Virus record (IMG/VR): IMGVR_UViG_3300033076_000277
Coordinates: 1,656 to 65,655 of that record
Origin: a virus
Taxonomy: Duplodnaviria; Caudoviricetes
Strand: one strand, 5' to 3'
DNA: 64,000 nucleotides
The stretch's first letter is position 1; each line of letters opens with the position of its first letter. The notes beneath the pieces were generated by a model. That model ran no database searches. It saw nothing but the letters and a program-made list of their open reading frames with translations, and was not told the origin of the DNA. The position numbers were made by a program, and so were the translations under genes. Positions 1-7,720 of this stretch are shown piece after piece.

Positions 1-744
1 CTTGATGATCTCGTTCTTGGTCTTACGCATGACGTGCGTCACGCGGTGGCAAGTGTCCAAATCTGTCGCGCCGTACGGCAACAAGATGTCCTCGGCGGGG
101 ATGAACATCGACACCTGACGGCCGAGGTTGGGGTCGTAATAGACCTTCTTGAAAGCTGAACCCGTAGCAGGCAGTGACCACAGCATGCGCTCATGCTCCG
201 CCCGGTACTCGACCATGTTCTCGGTCAGCTCGTAGTTCATGTCGTCCTCGACATTCACCGCGATCTCTTTAAGCTCTGGTGTCTCTTTACCCAGCAGCTT
301 GGTGCGCACAGGGCCCTGTGCTGGGAACGTCTCTGTGATTGTCTCGGCTTGGAACCGCACCACAGCCTCAGTAATCATCGGGTGGAACACACCGCAAGCG
401 CCTTGCCATGGCTCCGTTCTCTCCTCAATCTGCAAGCCCAAAAGCTTCAGACCATCAACGTAGGTCTTCTCCCACTCTTTGCGCGATGCTTTGTCTTGGT
501 CAATGTCAGCAACCAAGTCACCAGCGAGTGACTGCAAGGCACCATCGGCTATGTACTCGGCAAGGTTGTCACTGAATGTCTCGTCTTCTTCACCGCCGGG
601 CTTGATCTGAATCTCTAGACCATCCATGCCGATGTTGACTTCTTCGGGATCAACGATCTCGATCTCCAGTGGGGACTCCTGCTCTGCCAGTGCGTCAATG
701 CCAACCGGTTGCTGGTACAGCGCTTTGTCGATGTTCGTTGCCAT
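1..744 (-). CDS. portal protein, N-terminal part (runs off window edge)
   Basis: Manual translation from ATG at 744: MATNIDKALYQQP...SRKEWEKTYVDGLKLLG...PWQGACGVFHPMITEAVVRFQAETITETFPAQGPV; open to position 1; directly downstream of TerL. Confidence 0.8.
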   Translation of the reverse strand, partial: MATNIDKALYQQPVGIDALAEQESPLEIEIVDPEEVNIGMDGLEIQIKPGGEEDETFSDNLAEYIADGALQSLAGDLVADIDQDKASRKEWEKTYVDGLKLLGLQIEERTEPWQGACGVFHPMITEAVVRFQAETITETFPAQGPVRTKLLGKETPELKEIAVNVEDDMNYELTENMVEYRAEHERMLWSLPATGSAFKKVYYDPNLGRQVSMFIPAEDILLPYGATDLDTCHRVTHVMRKTKNEIIK

Positions 745-752
745 GTTTGGTC

Positions 753-2294
753 CTAATAGTATGCGTATGTCTTACGGCGGAAGAACTGTGGTTCGTCTTG
801 CTCATCCGTGTCCAAAGAAATAAAGCCGCCTTGCCTGAAGCGCAGCAGCGCCTGTGTTGTCGTATCCACGAAGTCGTCGTGCTCCCCAACTGGGAACGCC
901 GCCATCTCTTCAATTACCTCACGTGCCCAGCGGGTGTCCGGTGCCCAGACTTTACCACTGCTGAATAAATCCGCAACTGCATTGACACGCACCATCTTGT
1001 CGTTGCCCCGGCTAGGTGAGAACTCCTGAACCGGTATGCCCAGCGCCCTGAGCTCTTGAATCAGCGGCGCTCCGGCCGCCTTCTTCTCCACGATGAACGC
1101 ATCGGGCTCCCACTCTCTGTAGTGTTTGAGCGCAATTGTCTTGAGTTCCGGGAACGCCATCCTGTCTTTGAACGCGTCGAGCAGAATAAGTTGAGGGGCG
1201 TCGTGTTCTTCCTCGTTGTAGAAGATCCCCCACGTCGTGCAGGCGCTGTAGTCAGAGTTGTTCTTGGTCTCAAAGGCCGTGTCCCAAGACTGGATGATGT
1301 ACTCGCACTGTGGCGGCTCGTCGCCCTCCCAGATCCTCCACATCTTACGGCTCACGATGGCGCTGTTCTCGGAGGTCGGCTGCTGCATGTACTGCGCGTT
1401 CCAATACCGGGGGTCCAGCGAAGCTTTTGTAGCTTTTAAGCTACTAAGCGGCCACTGCTCTGGCCAGAGCGACTTCTCGTTCTCCGTGTCCTCGTGAAGA
1501 ATAGCTGGCAGCTCCACAATCTCCCACGGTATGGCCTCTGGGTTCCTCGCTTGGTAGTCAATCAAGCGCCCAGTCAAGTCCAGCAAGGACCAACGGGTCA
1601 TGATGACGATGATCGCACCGCCGGGCATCAAGCGTTGTAGCGGTCCCGTTTGAAACCACGACCACGCCGTGTCAAATGCCAGTCGAGAATTGGACTTAAC
1701 ATCTTGCTCTGAATGAGGGTCATCAATAACGAAAAGATCAGCACCGCGACCAGCAAGAGCGCCCCCGACACCAGCAGCGTAATACTGGCCGCCAGCACTT
1801 GTAGACCACTTACCAGCTGCTTTTTGGTCGTCAGCAACCATTGTTTGGGGGAAAACATCGCGGTACTCCTCAGAATCAATCAAATTTCGAACCCGACGAC
1901 CGAAATCCTCGGACAGACCCGCAGTGTGCGTGCCCATGATGATCTTCTTGTTGGGGTACTTGCCTAAAAAATAGGCAGGGAACAGGTAGGAGCTGAACTC
2001 TGACTTACCCATACGCGGCGCGATGTTGATAATCACCCGTTTTTTCTTGCCCTCGACCACATCTGTAAAAATTTTGGCCAGCTTCTTGTGGTGCGGCCCA
2101 ATCTTGAACCCCGGATACACCGCTTGAGCGAAGCCCAACATGTTTGTCTTGGCCGCCAGCAGGCTGGCCCGGCGCTCGCGCACCTCTAAATCGTCAAGCA
2201 ACTCAATCTTGTCCGCCAGCGACATGTGCGGAAGCGCCTTTTGTATCGCCTCCAGCTCTACTTTGCTGATGGTGGTGAACTTTTCAAGATTCAT
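753..2294 (-). CDS. terL: terminase large subunit
   Basis: Walker A-like APRMGKS, Walker B FVIDD, coupling motif IMTRW, RNase H-fold nuclease SWDTA...HDDFVD. Confidence 0.97.
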   Translation of the reverse strand: MNLEKFTTISKVELEAIQKALPHMSLADKIELLDDLEVRERRASLLAAKTNMLGFAQAVYPGFKIGPHHKKLAKIFTDVVEGKKKRVIINIAPRMGKSEFSSYLFPAYFLGKYPNKKIIMGTHTAGLSEDFGRRVRNLIDSEEYRDVFPQTMVADDQKAAGKWSTSAGGQYYAAGVGGALAGRGADLFVIDDPHSEQDVKSNSRLAFDTAWSWFQTGPLQRLMPGGAIIVIMTRWSLLDLTGRLIDYQARNPEAIPWEIVELPAILHEDTENEKSLWPEQWPLSSLKATKASLDPRYWNAQYMQQPTSENSAIVSRKMWRIWEGDEPPQCEYIIQSWDTAFETKNNSDYSACTTWGIFYNEEEHDAPQLILLDAFKDRMAFPELKTIALKHYREWEPDAFIVEKKAAGAPLIQELRALGIPVQEFSPSRGNDKMVRVNAVADLFSSGKVWAPDTRWAREVIEEMAAFPVGEHDDFVDTTTQALLRFRQGGFISLDTDEQDEPQFFRRKTYAYY

Positions 2295-2904
2295 CTGAGC
2301 TGTCTGTGCTTTCTGACCTATCAGTCTCTGCGTCTGGGCTTTCTTCTGGGCGCTCGGAAACGTCCACCACGTCTATCACGCCCATGAACTTGGCCAACTT
2401 GTCCTTGATGCGCTGCTCAACTTCAGCGTCACTCATCTCAGTTTTCTTGACCTCGATCTGCTCCGTGAACAACCCAACTTCCGTGACCTTGCCCAGCGCA
2501 ATCAAAGCTTTGAGGCGCACGTTGGCGTTGGGGGATTTTGTTTCTTCCAAGATCTTGGCCACCGTGTAGCCGCGAAGCTGCTGCGCCATCTCAATGAACT
2601 GCCAGTCGTACGCGGCCAGCATACCCGTCAGGTGCCTCACGGCAGCCGGGGTCTTAAGTTCTGCAAGAGAAGCTTTCTGTTCTGTGGTGGCGGCGTTGGT
2701 GGTGACGGTGTTGAATGCCTTGCGTGCGGCTTCTGTCTGGTGTTGCTCTGCCACAACATCATCGTCATCTACGCCAAGGTCTGCCAACCATTGCTCCGTG
2801 GCAACTTGCGCGGACAGCATTTCCTCGGGCGACGCGTCGTCCAATTTTTTAAAACCATCCCGAGAGGTGACGTCGGGTTCAAAGTGCACCAAGTGTTCAA
2901 ACAT
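2284..2904 (-). CDS. putative terminase small subunit
   Basis: 206 aa, helical, overlaps the start of TerL; assignment mainly positional. Confidence 0.55.
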   Translation of the reverse strand: MFEHLVHFEPDVTSRDGFKKLDDASPEEMLSAQVATEQWLADLGVDDDDVVAEQHQTEAARKAFNTVTTNAATTEQKASLAELKTPAAVRHLTGMLAAYDWQFIEMAQQLRGYTVAKILEETKSPNANVRLKALIALGKVTEVGLFTEQIEVKKTEMSDAEVEQRIKDKLAKFMGVIDVVDVSERPEESPDAETDRSESTDSSDES

Positions 2905-2986
2905 GCGCAGGAGTCCTTTTCGGTTGCATCCTCGTTGGCGCGAGTGTACACTCCTTTTCGGCGAATGCGCAAGTTGTCTTGTTCAT
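2897..2986 (-). CDS. 29-aa micro-ORF (MNKTTCAFAEKECTLAPTRMQPKRTPAHV) overlapping TerS start
   Basis: Preceded by the phage's exact recurrent start motif AGGAGAAGCAAATG; its stop overlaps the TerS ATG region. Confidence 0.4.
   Translation of the reverse strand: MNKTTCAFAEKECTLAPTRMQPKRTPAHV
2943..2972 (-). promoter_or_regulatory. candidate sigma70 promoter for terminase operon
   Basis: TTGCGC-18nt-TACACT on - strand; -10 lies within perfect palindrome GAGTGTACACTC (2942-2953). Confidence 0.45.
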
Positions 2987-3022
2987 TTGCTTCTCCTTGA
3001 GGTGAGTTTGCATTGCCTCTTC

Positions 3023-3051
3023 GCCCCGGCCTAACCCCCGGGGCTTTTTTT
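3023..3051 (+). terminator. intrinsic terminator
   Basis: GCCCCGG-loop-CCGGGGC followed by T7. Confidence 0.75.
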
Positions 3052-3241
3052 CGCCACGAGGTTTTTCCAAATTTTTATAAAATTTTTGGCGGCTTAAGTA
3101 TCCAGTGTAGGAATTTAAGTATTTAGTTGAGGGGGTGGGGGTGCTGGGATTTTATACAGTATTGGTTCCTCGGATTTTTTAAAATTTGATTTGCGGTTGT
3201 GGAACAGTGTTCACATGTGCATAGGGACTCCGACAGCCACA

Positions 3242-3265
3242 GGGGGTGGTGGGGGATGGGTGGGG
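3242..3265 (+). other. G-quadruplex-forming motif in divergent intergenic region
   Basis: GGGGG-TGGT-GGGGG-AT-GGG-T-GGGG fits (G3+N1-7)x4; a three-tract G-run also at 3131-3148. Confidence 0.5.
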
Positions 3266-3311
3266 TTCAGCTAGCTAGGATTTGCCCTGTCAAGGGGATT
3301 TGGCAACACGT

Positions 3312-3322
3312 TGTGCTATAAT
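3312..3322 (+). promoter_or_regulatory. early promoter, extended -10
   Basis: TGTG-C-TATAAT, perfect extended -10 consensus, upstream of first + strand gene. Confidence 0.8.
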
Positions 3323-3359
3323 AGATGCATCGGTTGGGGATTGCCTTGCCGATTCGTTT

Positions 3360-3385
3360 GCCTCGCCGATTAGCGAGGCTTTTTT
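3360..3385 (+). terminator. intrinsic terminator in leader of first early gene
   Basis: GCCTCGC-cgatta-GCGAGGC-TTTTTT. Confidence 0.75.
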
Positions 3386-3400
3386 ATTTGGAGCTTTATC

Positions 3401-3769
3401 ATGACTAAGTCATTCAATCGTGTTGCCGTGTTCGCTGTGTTCAATGATGCGGACAAGTCGTCCGCCAGTTTCGCTGAGCGTCTGCTTGCGCTTGGCATCG
3501 GTTCGCGTGCTGACGCTCGCCCTCTTGCAATGGAATGGGCGGCCAAGAAGCATGGCGTTGCGATCAAGCAAGGCCAACGTGGTGCGACACTGCCACGCGA
3601 CTCAGCCGCTGAGCGTGCAATGAACCGCGTGCTTCAGGTGTGCTTCCCAAGCGCTGACCTCAAGTCTGCCAAACGTACAGCCAACAAAGTTGACGCTGTG
3701 GACGCGTTGCTCAAGAAGTACCAAGCACTCACCGCAAGTGAGAAGCGCCGTTTCCTCAAGTCAATCTGA
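3401..3769 (+). CDS. early hypothetical protein
   Basis: 122 aa, SD GGAG in GGAGCTTTATCATG. Confidence 0.8.
   Translation: MTKSFNRVAVFAVFNDADKSSASFAERLLALGIGSRADARPLAMEWAAKKHGVAIKQGQRGATLPRDSAAERAMNRVLQVCFPSADLKSAKRTANKVDAVDALLKKYQALTASEKRRFLKSI
3448..3470 (-). repeat. 23-bp motif copy S0 (inside CDS)
   Basis: - strand reads AACTGGCGGACGACTTGTCCGCA. Confidence 0.8.
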
Positions 3770-3792
3770 TGCGGACAACTTGTCCGCGAGTT
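3770..3792 (-). repeat. 23-bp motif copy S1
   Basis: - strand reads AACTCGCGGACAAGTTGTCCGCA; starts 1 nt after the stop at 3769. Confidence 0.95.
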
Positions 3793-3892
3793 TTTTCCAA
3801 GGCGCGAGGGCGGGGAGCTCTTGCGCTGTTTCATTCCTTGTCAATCCAAAACCAACGCGCCACAAAACGTGGTGCACAACTGGAGATTCATC

Positions 3893-4099
3893 ATGCACAA
3901 ACCAAGCAAGAACAAACACTACGCCTTGTCTCAAATGCGTGAGCTACGCAAAGAGTTCAAAGAGATGGCCGACCAATGGGAGAAAGACCCACGCGCCGTT
4001 ATGCAACGCAAGGCACAGCTACGCGCACAACGTGAGTACGAAGCGATGTCTGAGTGGGAGAACATCAAGCGTGGCTCAACACAACTCCGCTTGCTTTAA
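3893..4099 (+). CDS. early hypothetical protein
   Basis: Start moved to ATG 3893 behind GGAGATTCATCATG; 68 aa. Confidence 0.7.
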   Translation: MHKPSKNKHYALSQMRELRKEFKEMADQWEKDPRAVMQRKAQLRAQREYEAMSEWENIKRGSTQLRLL

Positions 4100-4120
4100 C
4101 TTGCGGACAAACTGTCCGCA
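4098..4120 (+). repeat. 23-bp motif copy S2
   Basis: AACTTGCGGACAAACTGTCCGCA; overlaps stop codon TAA 4097-4099. Confidence 0.95.
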
Positions 4121-4126
4121 TCAATC

Positions 4127-4492
4127 TCTCCACAACGTATTGTGGAGAAGTAGGGTAAAAGTGTTGTTTTTTTGCACATACCCACCACTTGACACAAGTG
4201 GACACCTACACGGGCATCCCGCAACCCGCATGGATGCTAGCGTTCACAGCGTCCACGTCCACAATACCTACATATATAAATACTATTTTCCTATAGATAT
4301 ATATATACATAAGTGCGTGGGTGTGTCTTTTCTTGATGTTTGTTTAAAAGGTTTAAAAGTTCTTGAAAAATGGTGGGTATCGTGGTCAAATAGCACACAA
4401 CACCAGTGTTCATGCGGGTTTCAGGTGGTCATCTTTCTTTGGACCACCCCTGCCGAATGGTGGGCCAGTTACAAAACCAAGTGGGCCAGTTA
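4127..4492. other. candidate replication origin
   Basis: 9-bp IR TCTCCACAA-N4-TTGTGGAGA (4127-4148); inverted 18-mers at 4223-4240 and 4403-4420 around an AT-rich (TA)n core; direct 12-mer GTGGGCCAGTTA at 4460 and 4481. Confidence 0.5.
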
Positions 4493-4515
4493 GCCCCAAA
4501 CTGTAAGGAGAAAGT

Positions 4516-5142
4516 ATGCAATTCAAAATCTGTGCAAAATGCGGGCAACAACATCCACTCGCACATTTCAAGTACCGCGCCACCTACGCGCAGTCAAAAG
4601 CATGGGGTCGAGCAGGCAATGTGCGTATGGAATTGGAATCAAAGCACTGCCGAGCGTGTCGACCCAAGCGCAAACCTGACCGCAAACTTACGGCCAAAGA
4701 GATACACAACAAGGTGCAGACAGGCGACATGAACGAATTCATGGCCAAACACCTGCGAGCAAAGCAAGCGCAGGATGAGCGCAACAAGCAGGCCATGGCC
4801 GCCCGAAAGATGTGGCTCAAGAAGTGGAAGGCTGAACTCAAGGAAGCCCTCGCGCCCATCACAAGGGAGATCACCAGCGCAAGGAAAGCGTGGGAGTATG
4901 CCCATGACAAGGGCTACGTGGACAAGGCCAACTTCTACCAAGAATACGGCGAGCTATTGAGGAAAGAAAAGAACTTGGCTGAGTACGAGCACATGACCAA
5001 CCCACGCCGACCACCATCTTCAAGGTGGGCTGACTACATCGACCAAGACACATTCACCCGCATACGTGAGATGTGGGCAGACCTGCCCCCAGTCTTTCAA
5101 CACTCCCGCGTCCCGCTACTAATTAAATACCGCCCTGAGTAG
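4516..5142 (+). CDS. hypothetical protein with N-terminal CxxC...CxxC Zn finger
   Basis: CAKC and CRAC pairs; SD AGGAG. Confidence 0.8.
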   Translation: MQFKICAKCGQQHPLAHFKYRATYAQSKAWGRAGNVRMELESKHCRACRPKRKPDRKLTAKEIHNKVQTGDMNEFMAKHLRAKQAQDERNKQAMAARKMWLKKWKAELKEALAPITREITSARKAWEYAHDKGYVDKANFYQEYGELLRKEKNLAEYEHMTNPRRPPSSRWADYIDQDTFTRIREMWADLPPVFQHSRVPLLIKYRPE

Positions 5143-5147
5143 GGCAT

Positions 5148-5170
5148 AACTCGCGGACAACTTGTCCGCA
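5148..5170 (+). repeat. 23-bp motif copy S3
   Basis: AACTCGCGGACAACTTGTCCGCA between stop 5142 and RBS at 5179. Confidence 0.95.
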
Positions 5171-5190
5171 TAACACCAAGGAGAAAGCAA

Positions 5191-5487
5191 ATGAAAGTCA
5201 TTAGAACAACAGAGGGCTTCATGGTAGAGCTACCCAGTGGCGACTACCTGCACGACGAACATGGGGACAACCTGTGGGATACCCGCGCTGAGGCATGGGA
5301 CGTGATCGCCGCAAACACGGCTGAGAAGCTCGACAAGTACCCCACGTACCACGATGTGATCGACGCAGTCATTGCGCAGATCAAGGTCGACATAGCCAAA
5401 GAGGACGAGACAGCCATCGTCGAGTTACTGGCACGCCTGCCACGCAAGGTGTTGCTGTCCTATTTACCCGAGGAGGAGACAACATGA
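5191..5487 (+). CDS. early hypothetical protein
   Basis: 98 aa, strong RBS AGGAGAAAGCAAATG. Confidence 0.8.
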   Translation: MKVIRTTEGFMVELPSGDYLHDEHGDNLWDTRAEAWDVIAANTAEKLDKYPTYHDVIDAVIAQIKVDIAKEDETAIVELLARLPRKVLLSYLPEEETT

Positions 5488-5870
5488 AGAAGATAAACAC
5501 AACAAGCGGCGCACTGCGTGCGGCCAAGCTGTACCTGTTTGATGGACAACAAGATAGAGGACAGCCTTGGGGTTGGAAGGACGGCCGAGTCCAGTTCTCG
5601 TATATCTGCGCCGCCTTAGCTCAGGCGTATGACTGCGGGGAGATCACACGTCGAGCGCTTATACGTGCGCGGGGTGAAGTCATGGCAAGGCTTGCGCCGC
5701 ATACATCCGTGCCTTCGTGGTTGGACGACAACGTGAAAGGGGGCATCAAGGTTTGGTTTCACCGCCAGTACAACAGAAACGAGCGAGCGTTTTGGCAACA
5801 ACAAATGCAGGCGTACCGCTACCGATGGGTGAACGCACTCATTAAAGAATACGAAGCAAAAGGAGATTGA
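5484..5870 (+). CDS. early hypothetical protein
   Basis: 128 aa, GGAGG SD, coupled overlap. Confidence 0.75.
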   Translation: MKKINTTSGALRAAKLYLFDGQQDRGQPWGWKDGRVQFSYICAALAQAYDCGEITRRALIRARGEVMARLAPHTSVPSWLDDNVKGGIKVWFHRQYNRNERAFWQQQMQAYRYRWVNALIKEYEAKGD

Positions 5871-5871
5871 T

Positions 5872-6051
5872 ATGGACTTTGACCCAAGCTTAATCACGGC
5901 CCTCGTCATAGGCTACTTCGCAGGCAAGTGCGCCTACTGGTGGGGATACAGGGACGGCATGCGCGATGCTGTCGACGACCTGCAAGACGCGGCGATGAAA
6001 CTTAAAGAACTAGGGGAGAGAGCTTATGCTGAAGCGAAGCGACATGTTTGA
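5872..6051 (+). CDS. 59-aa hypothetical protein with N-terminal hydrophobic segment
   Basis: Not in ORF track; MDFDPSLITALVIGYFAGKCAYWWGY...; SD AGGAG. Confidence 0.65.
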   Translation: MDFDPSLITALVIGYFAGKCAYWWGYRDGMRDAVDDLQDAAMKLKELGERAYAEAKRHV

Positions 6052-6118
6052 AGCGGTGGCCATTGCCGTGGCCGTCGTTGTTTTAATCCTTGACTTGTTC
6101 TATTGGAGAGGGGGTTAA
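6026..6118 (+). CDS. 30-aa single-TM peptide (MLKRSDMFEAVAIAVAVVVLILDLFYWRGG)
   Basis: Not in ORF track; GGAG upstream; clean TM helix ending DLFYWR. Confidence 0.55.
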   Translation: MLKRSDMFEAVAIAVAVVVLILDLFYWRGG

Positions 6119-6156
6119 CTTATAGAGAACGGTCATTTCTTCTTTTTCGTTTATTC

Positions 6157-6179
6157 AACTCGCGGACAAAACGTCCGCA
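6157..6179 (+). repeat. 23-bp motif copy S4
   Basis: AACTCGCGGACAAAACGTCCGCA, 8 nt before RBS of next gene. Confidence 0.9.
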
Positions 6180-6198
6180 TCTTTTTTGGAGATTTATC

Positions 6199-6636
6199 AT
6201 GGAACAAACTACACAATCCACACCAGACGCAACCATCACAGTCAACACGCCTGCACAGGTTAGCCAACCAACAGCGGCGCTGATGACCACGCTCATGGCG
6301 CTGATCGACAACTACATCCGCGACATCGTGACATCTCAAGTCAACGAGATCCTGACCAACCACCGCACCATGCGAGTTATTGACAGCGGCTTCGATCAAC
6401 GCATCAGAGAGGTAGCCCAAGACCTTATTGATGACGCCATTCAAGAGCACAACAACGACGAGTATCACATCAGTGAAGACGCAGTCAACGACATCGCAAC
6501 AAGCGCGCTAGAAGATCACGACTTCGACAATCAGATCAGTCAAGCAGTCAACGATGCGATCAACGACTTCGACTTCAGCGACGTCATTCAATCAACCATC
6601 AAAGACAACATCACATTCTCAGTCACAGTGGACTAA
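6199..6636 (+). CDS. highly acidic hypothetical protein
   Basis: Start at 6199 behind GGAGATTTATCATG; 27 D/E vs 6 K/R in 145 aa (hand count). Confidence 0.8.
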   Translation: MEQTTQSTPDATITVNTPAQVSQPTAALMTTLMALIDNYIRDIVTSQVNEILTNHRTMRVIDSGFDQRIREVAQDLIDDAIQEHNNDEYHISEDAVNDIATSALEDHDFDNQISQAVNDAINDFDFSDVIQSTIKDNITFSVTVD

Positions 6637-6640
6637 CACC

Positions 6641-7291
6641 ATGTACACATTCGACCAACTCAATCACTACGGCAAAGCTAACGCAATGTCGCGGTACAAC
6701 GACGCGCCCGATGACTGGGCCGACGAGATCATTGCCAATGCCAAACGCGATGGCCCCGCAAGGGGCTTCAATATAGACGAAGTCTCATGGTCTGGTTTTC
6801 ACTCACAAGGTGATGGCGCATCATGGACTGGCAGTATTCACATGCCCACGTTCATCGAGTACCACAACAAACCCGACAGTGAAGACTTCAGCCAATACGT
6901 TGTGCTTGCTGAGCTAATCAAAGATGGGTGGACACAGAAGCTAGTGGCGGTCGACCGCCGAGCGTACTTCTACAACCACAGTGGCACGATGCTCGTTGAC
7001 GATATCCAAGACAACTTCTACAACGCCAGTGAGGACGGCACCACTTGCATAGACGCAGGGATACTCGAAGGCGCAGATGCGTTCCAACTCATTCAATCTA
7101 TCGACGCATACTCCATGCTCAACGAGTTACAAGATTGGATGGAGCAAAAGGCCAGAGACTACGCTACTGATATATACAAAAAACTGCGCGACGAGTACGA
7201 CGCATACACAAGTGAAGAACGCTTCAAAGATATATGCGACATCAACGACTGGCGCTTCGACTACAACGGCTACTTAATTGAACAGGAGTAA
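6641..7291 (+). CDS. conserved phage/plasmid hypothetical protein (SGFxSQGDGA family)
   Basis: YTFDQL...WSGFHSQGDGASWTG...EYDAYTSEE...NDWRF pattern. Confidence 0.75.
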   Translation: MYTFDQLNHYGKANAMSRYNDAPDDWADEIIANAKRDGPARGFNIDEVSWSGFHSQGDGASWTGSIHMPTFIEYHNKPDSEDFSQYVVLAELIKDGWTQKLVAVDRRAYFYNHSGTMLVDDIQDNFYNASEDGTTCIDAGILEGADAFQLIQSIDAYSMLNELQDWMEQKARDYATDIYKKLRDEYDAYTSEERFKDICDINDWRFDYNGYLIEQE

Positions 7292-7294
7292 CAC

Positions 7295-7714
7295 ATGGGA
7301 TACAGATCAGACGTAGCGTATGTAATACGCTTTAAGAACTTCCAAGACAGAGAGGCGCTTGTGTCCCTTATGCTTGCGAAGAATGATCCAGTCATAACGG
7401 AGGCAGTTGAAGAATGTGAGTACGGCTACACAACACAGCCGCTGATTACGTTTCACGCAGAGAGTGTGAAGTGGTACCCCAGTAACCCCTACGTAAAAGC
7501 GCATGGGGCTTTGATAAACAACGCGCACGAGTTGTACGGTGCCGACTACCGATTCGTTGGCGTGGGCGAGGACGGCGCTGAAGAGATTCAGGAAGAAGAC
7601 GACACAGGAGATTTATATGAGTACATAAGCACACGACACATACTTGACATCGACTTCCCGTTGGTACACCTACCCGCCAACGTAACAAAAGCATTAACCA
7701 CAACACAGGAGTAA
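7295..7714 (+). CDS. hypothetical protein (MGYRSDV family)
   Basis: 139 aa, AGGAG SD. Confidence 0.8.
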   Translation: MGYRSDVAYVIRFKNFQDREALVSLMLAKNDPVITEAVEECEYGYTTQPLITFHAESVKWYPSNPYVKAHGALINNAHELYGADYRFVGVGEDGAEEIQEEDDTGDLYEYISTRHILDIDFPLVHLPANVTKALTTTQE

Positions 7715-7720
7715 TTTATC

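Noticed and set aside
2810-2826. Weak match to the 17-bp dyad core in terS (GCGGACA-GCA-TTTCCTC) and isolated half-sites at about 27046 and 40298
   Set aside because: Right arm has 2 or more mismatches and there is no AACT tail; compatible with chance
3690-4493. 267-aa + strand ORF across the origin-like region
   Set aside because: No SD, overlaps two better-supported genes, runs through palindromes and (TA)n; atypical composition
3448-6179. 23-bp repeats as a CRISPR or mini-CRISPR array
   Set aside because: Spacing is 300-1050 bp and irregular, copies are in both orientations, intervening DNA is genes, and the Cas4-like gene is a typical stand-alone phage exonuclease 13 kb away
6641-7291. 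Toxin-antitoxin antitoxin label often attached to this family
   Set aside because: No adjacent toxin or TA architecture; the label is not supported by anything in the sequence
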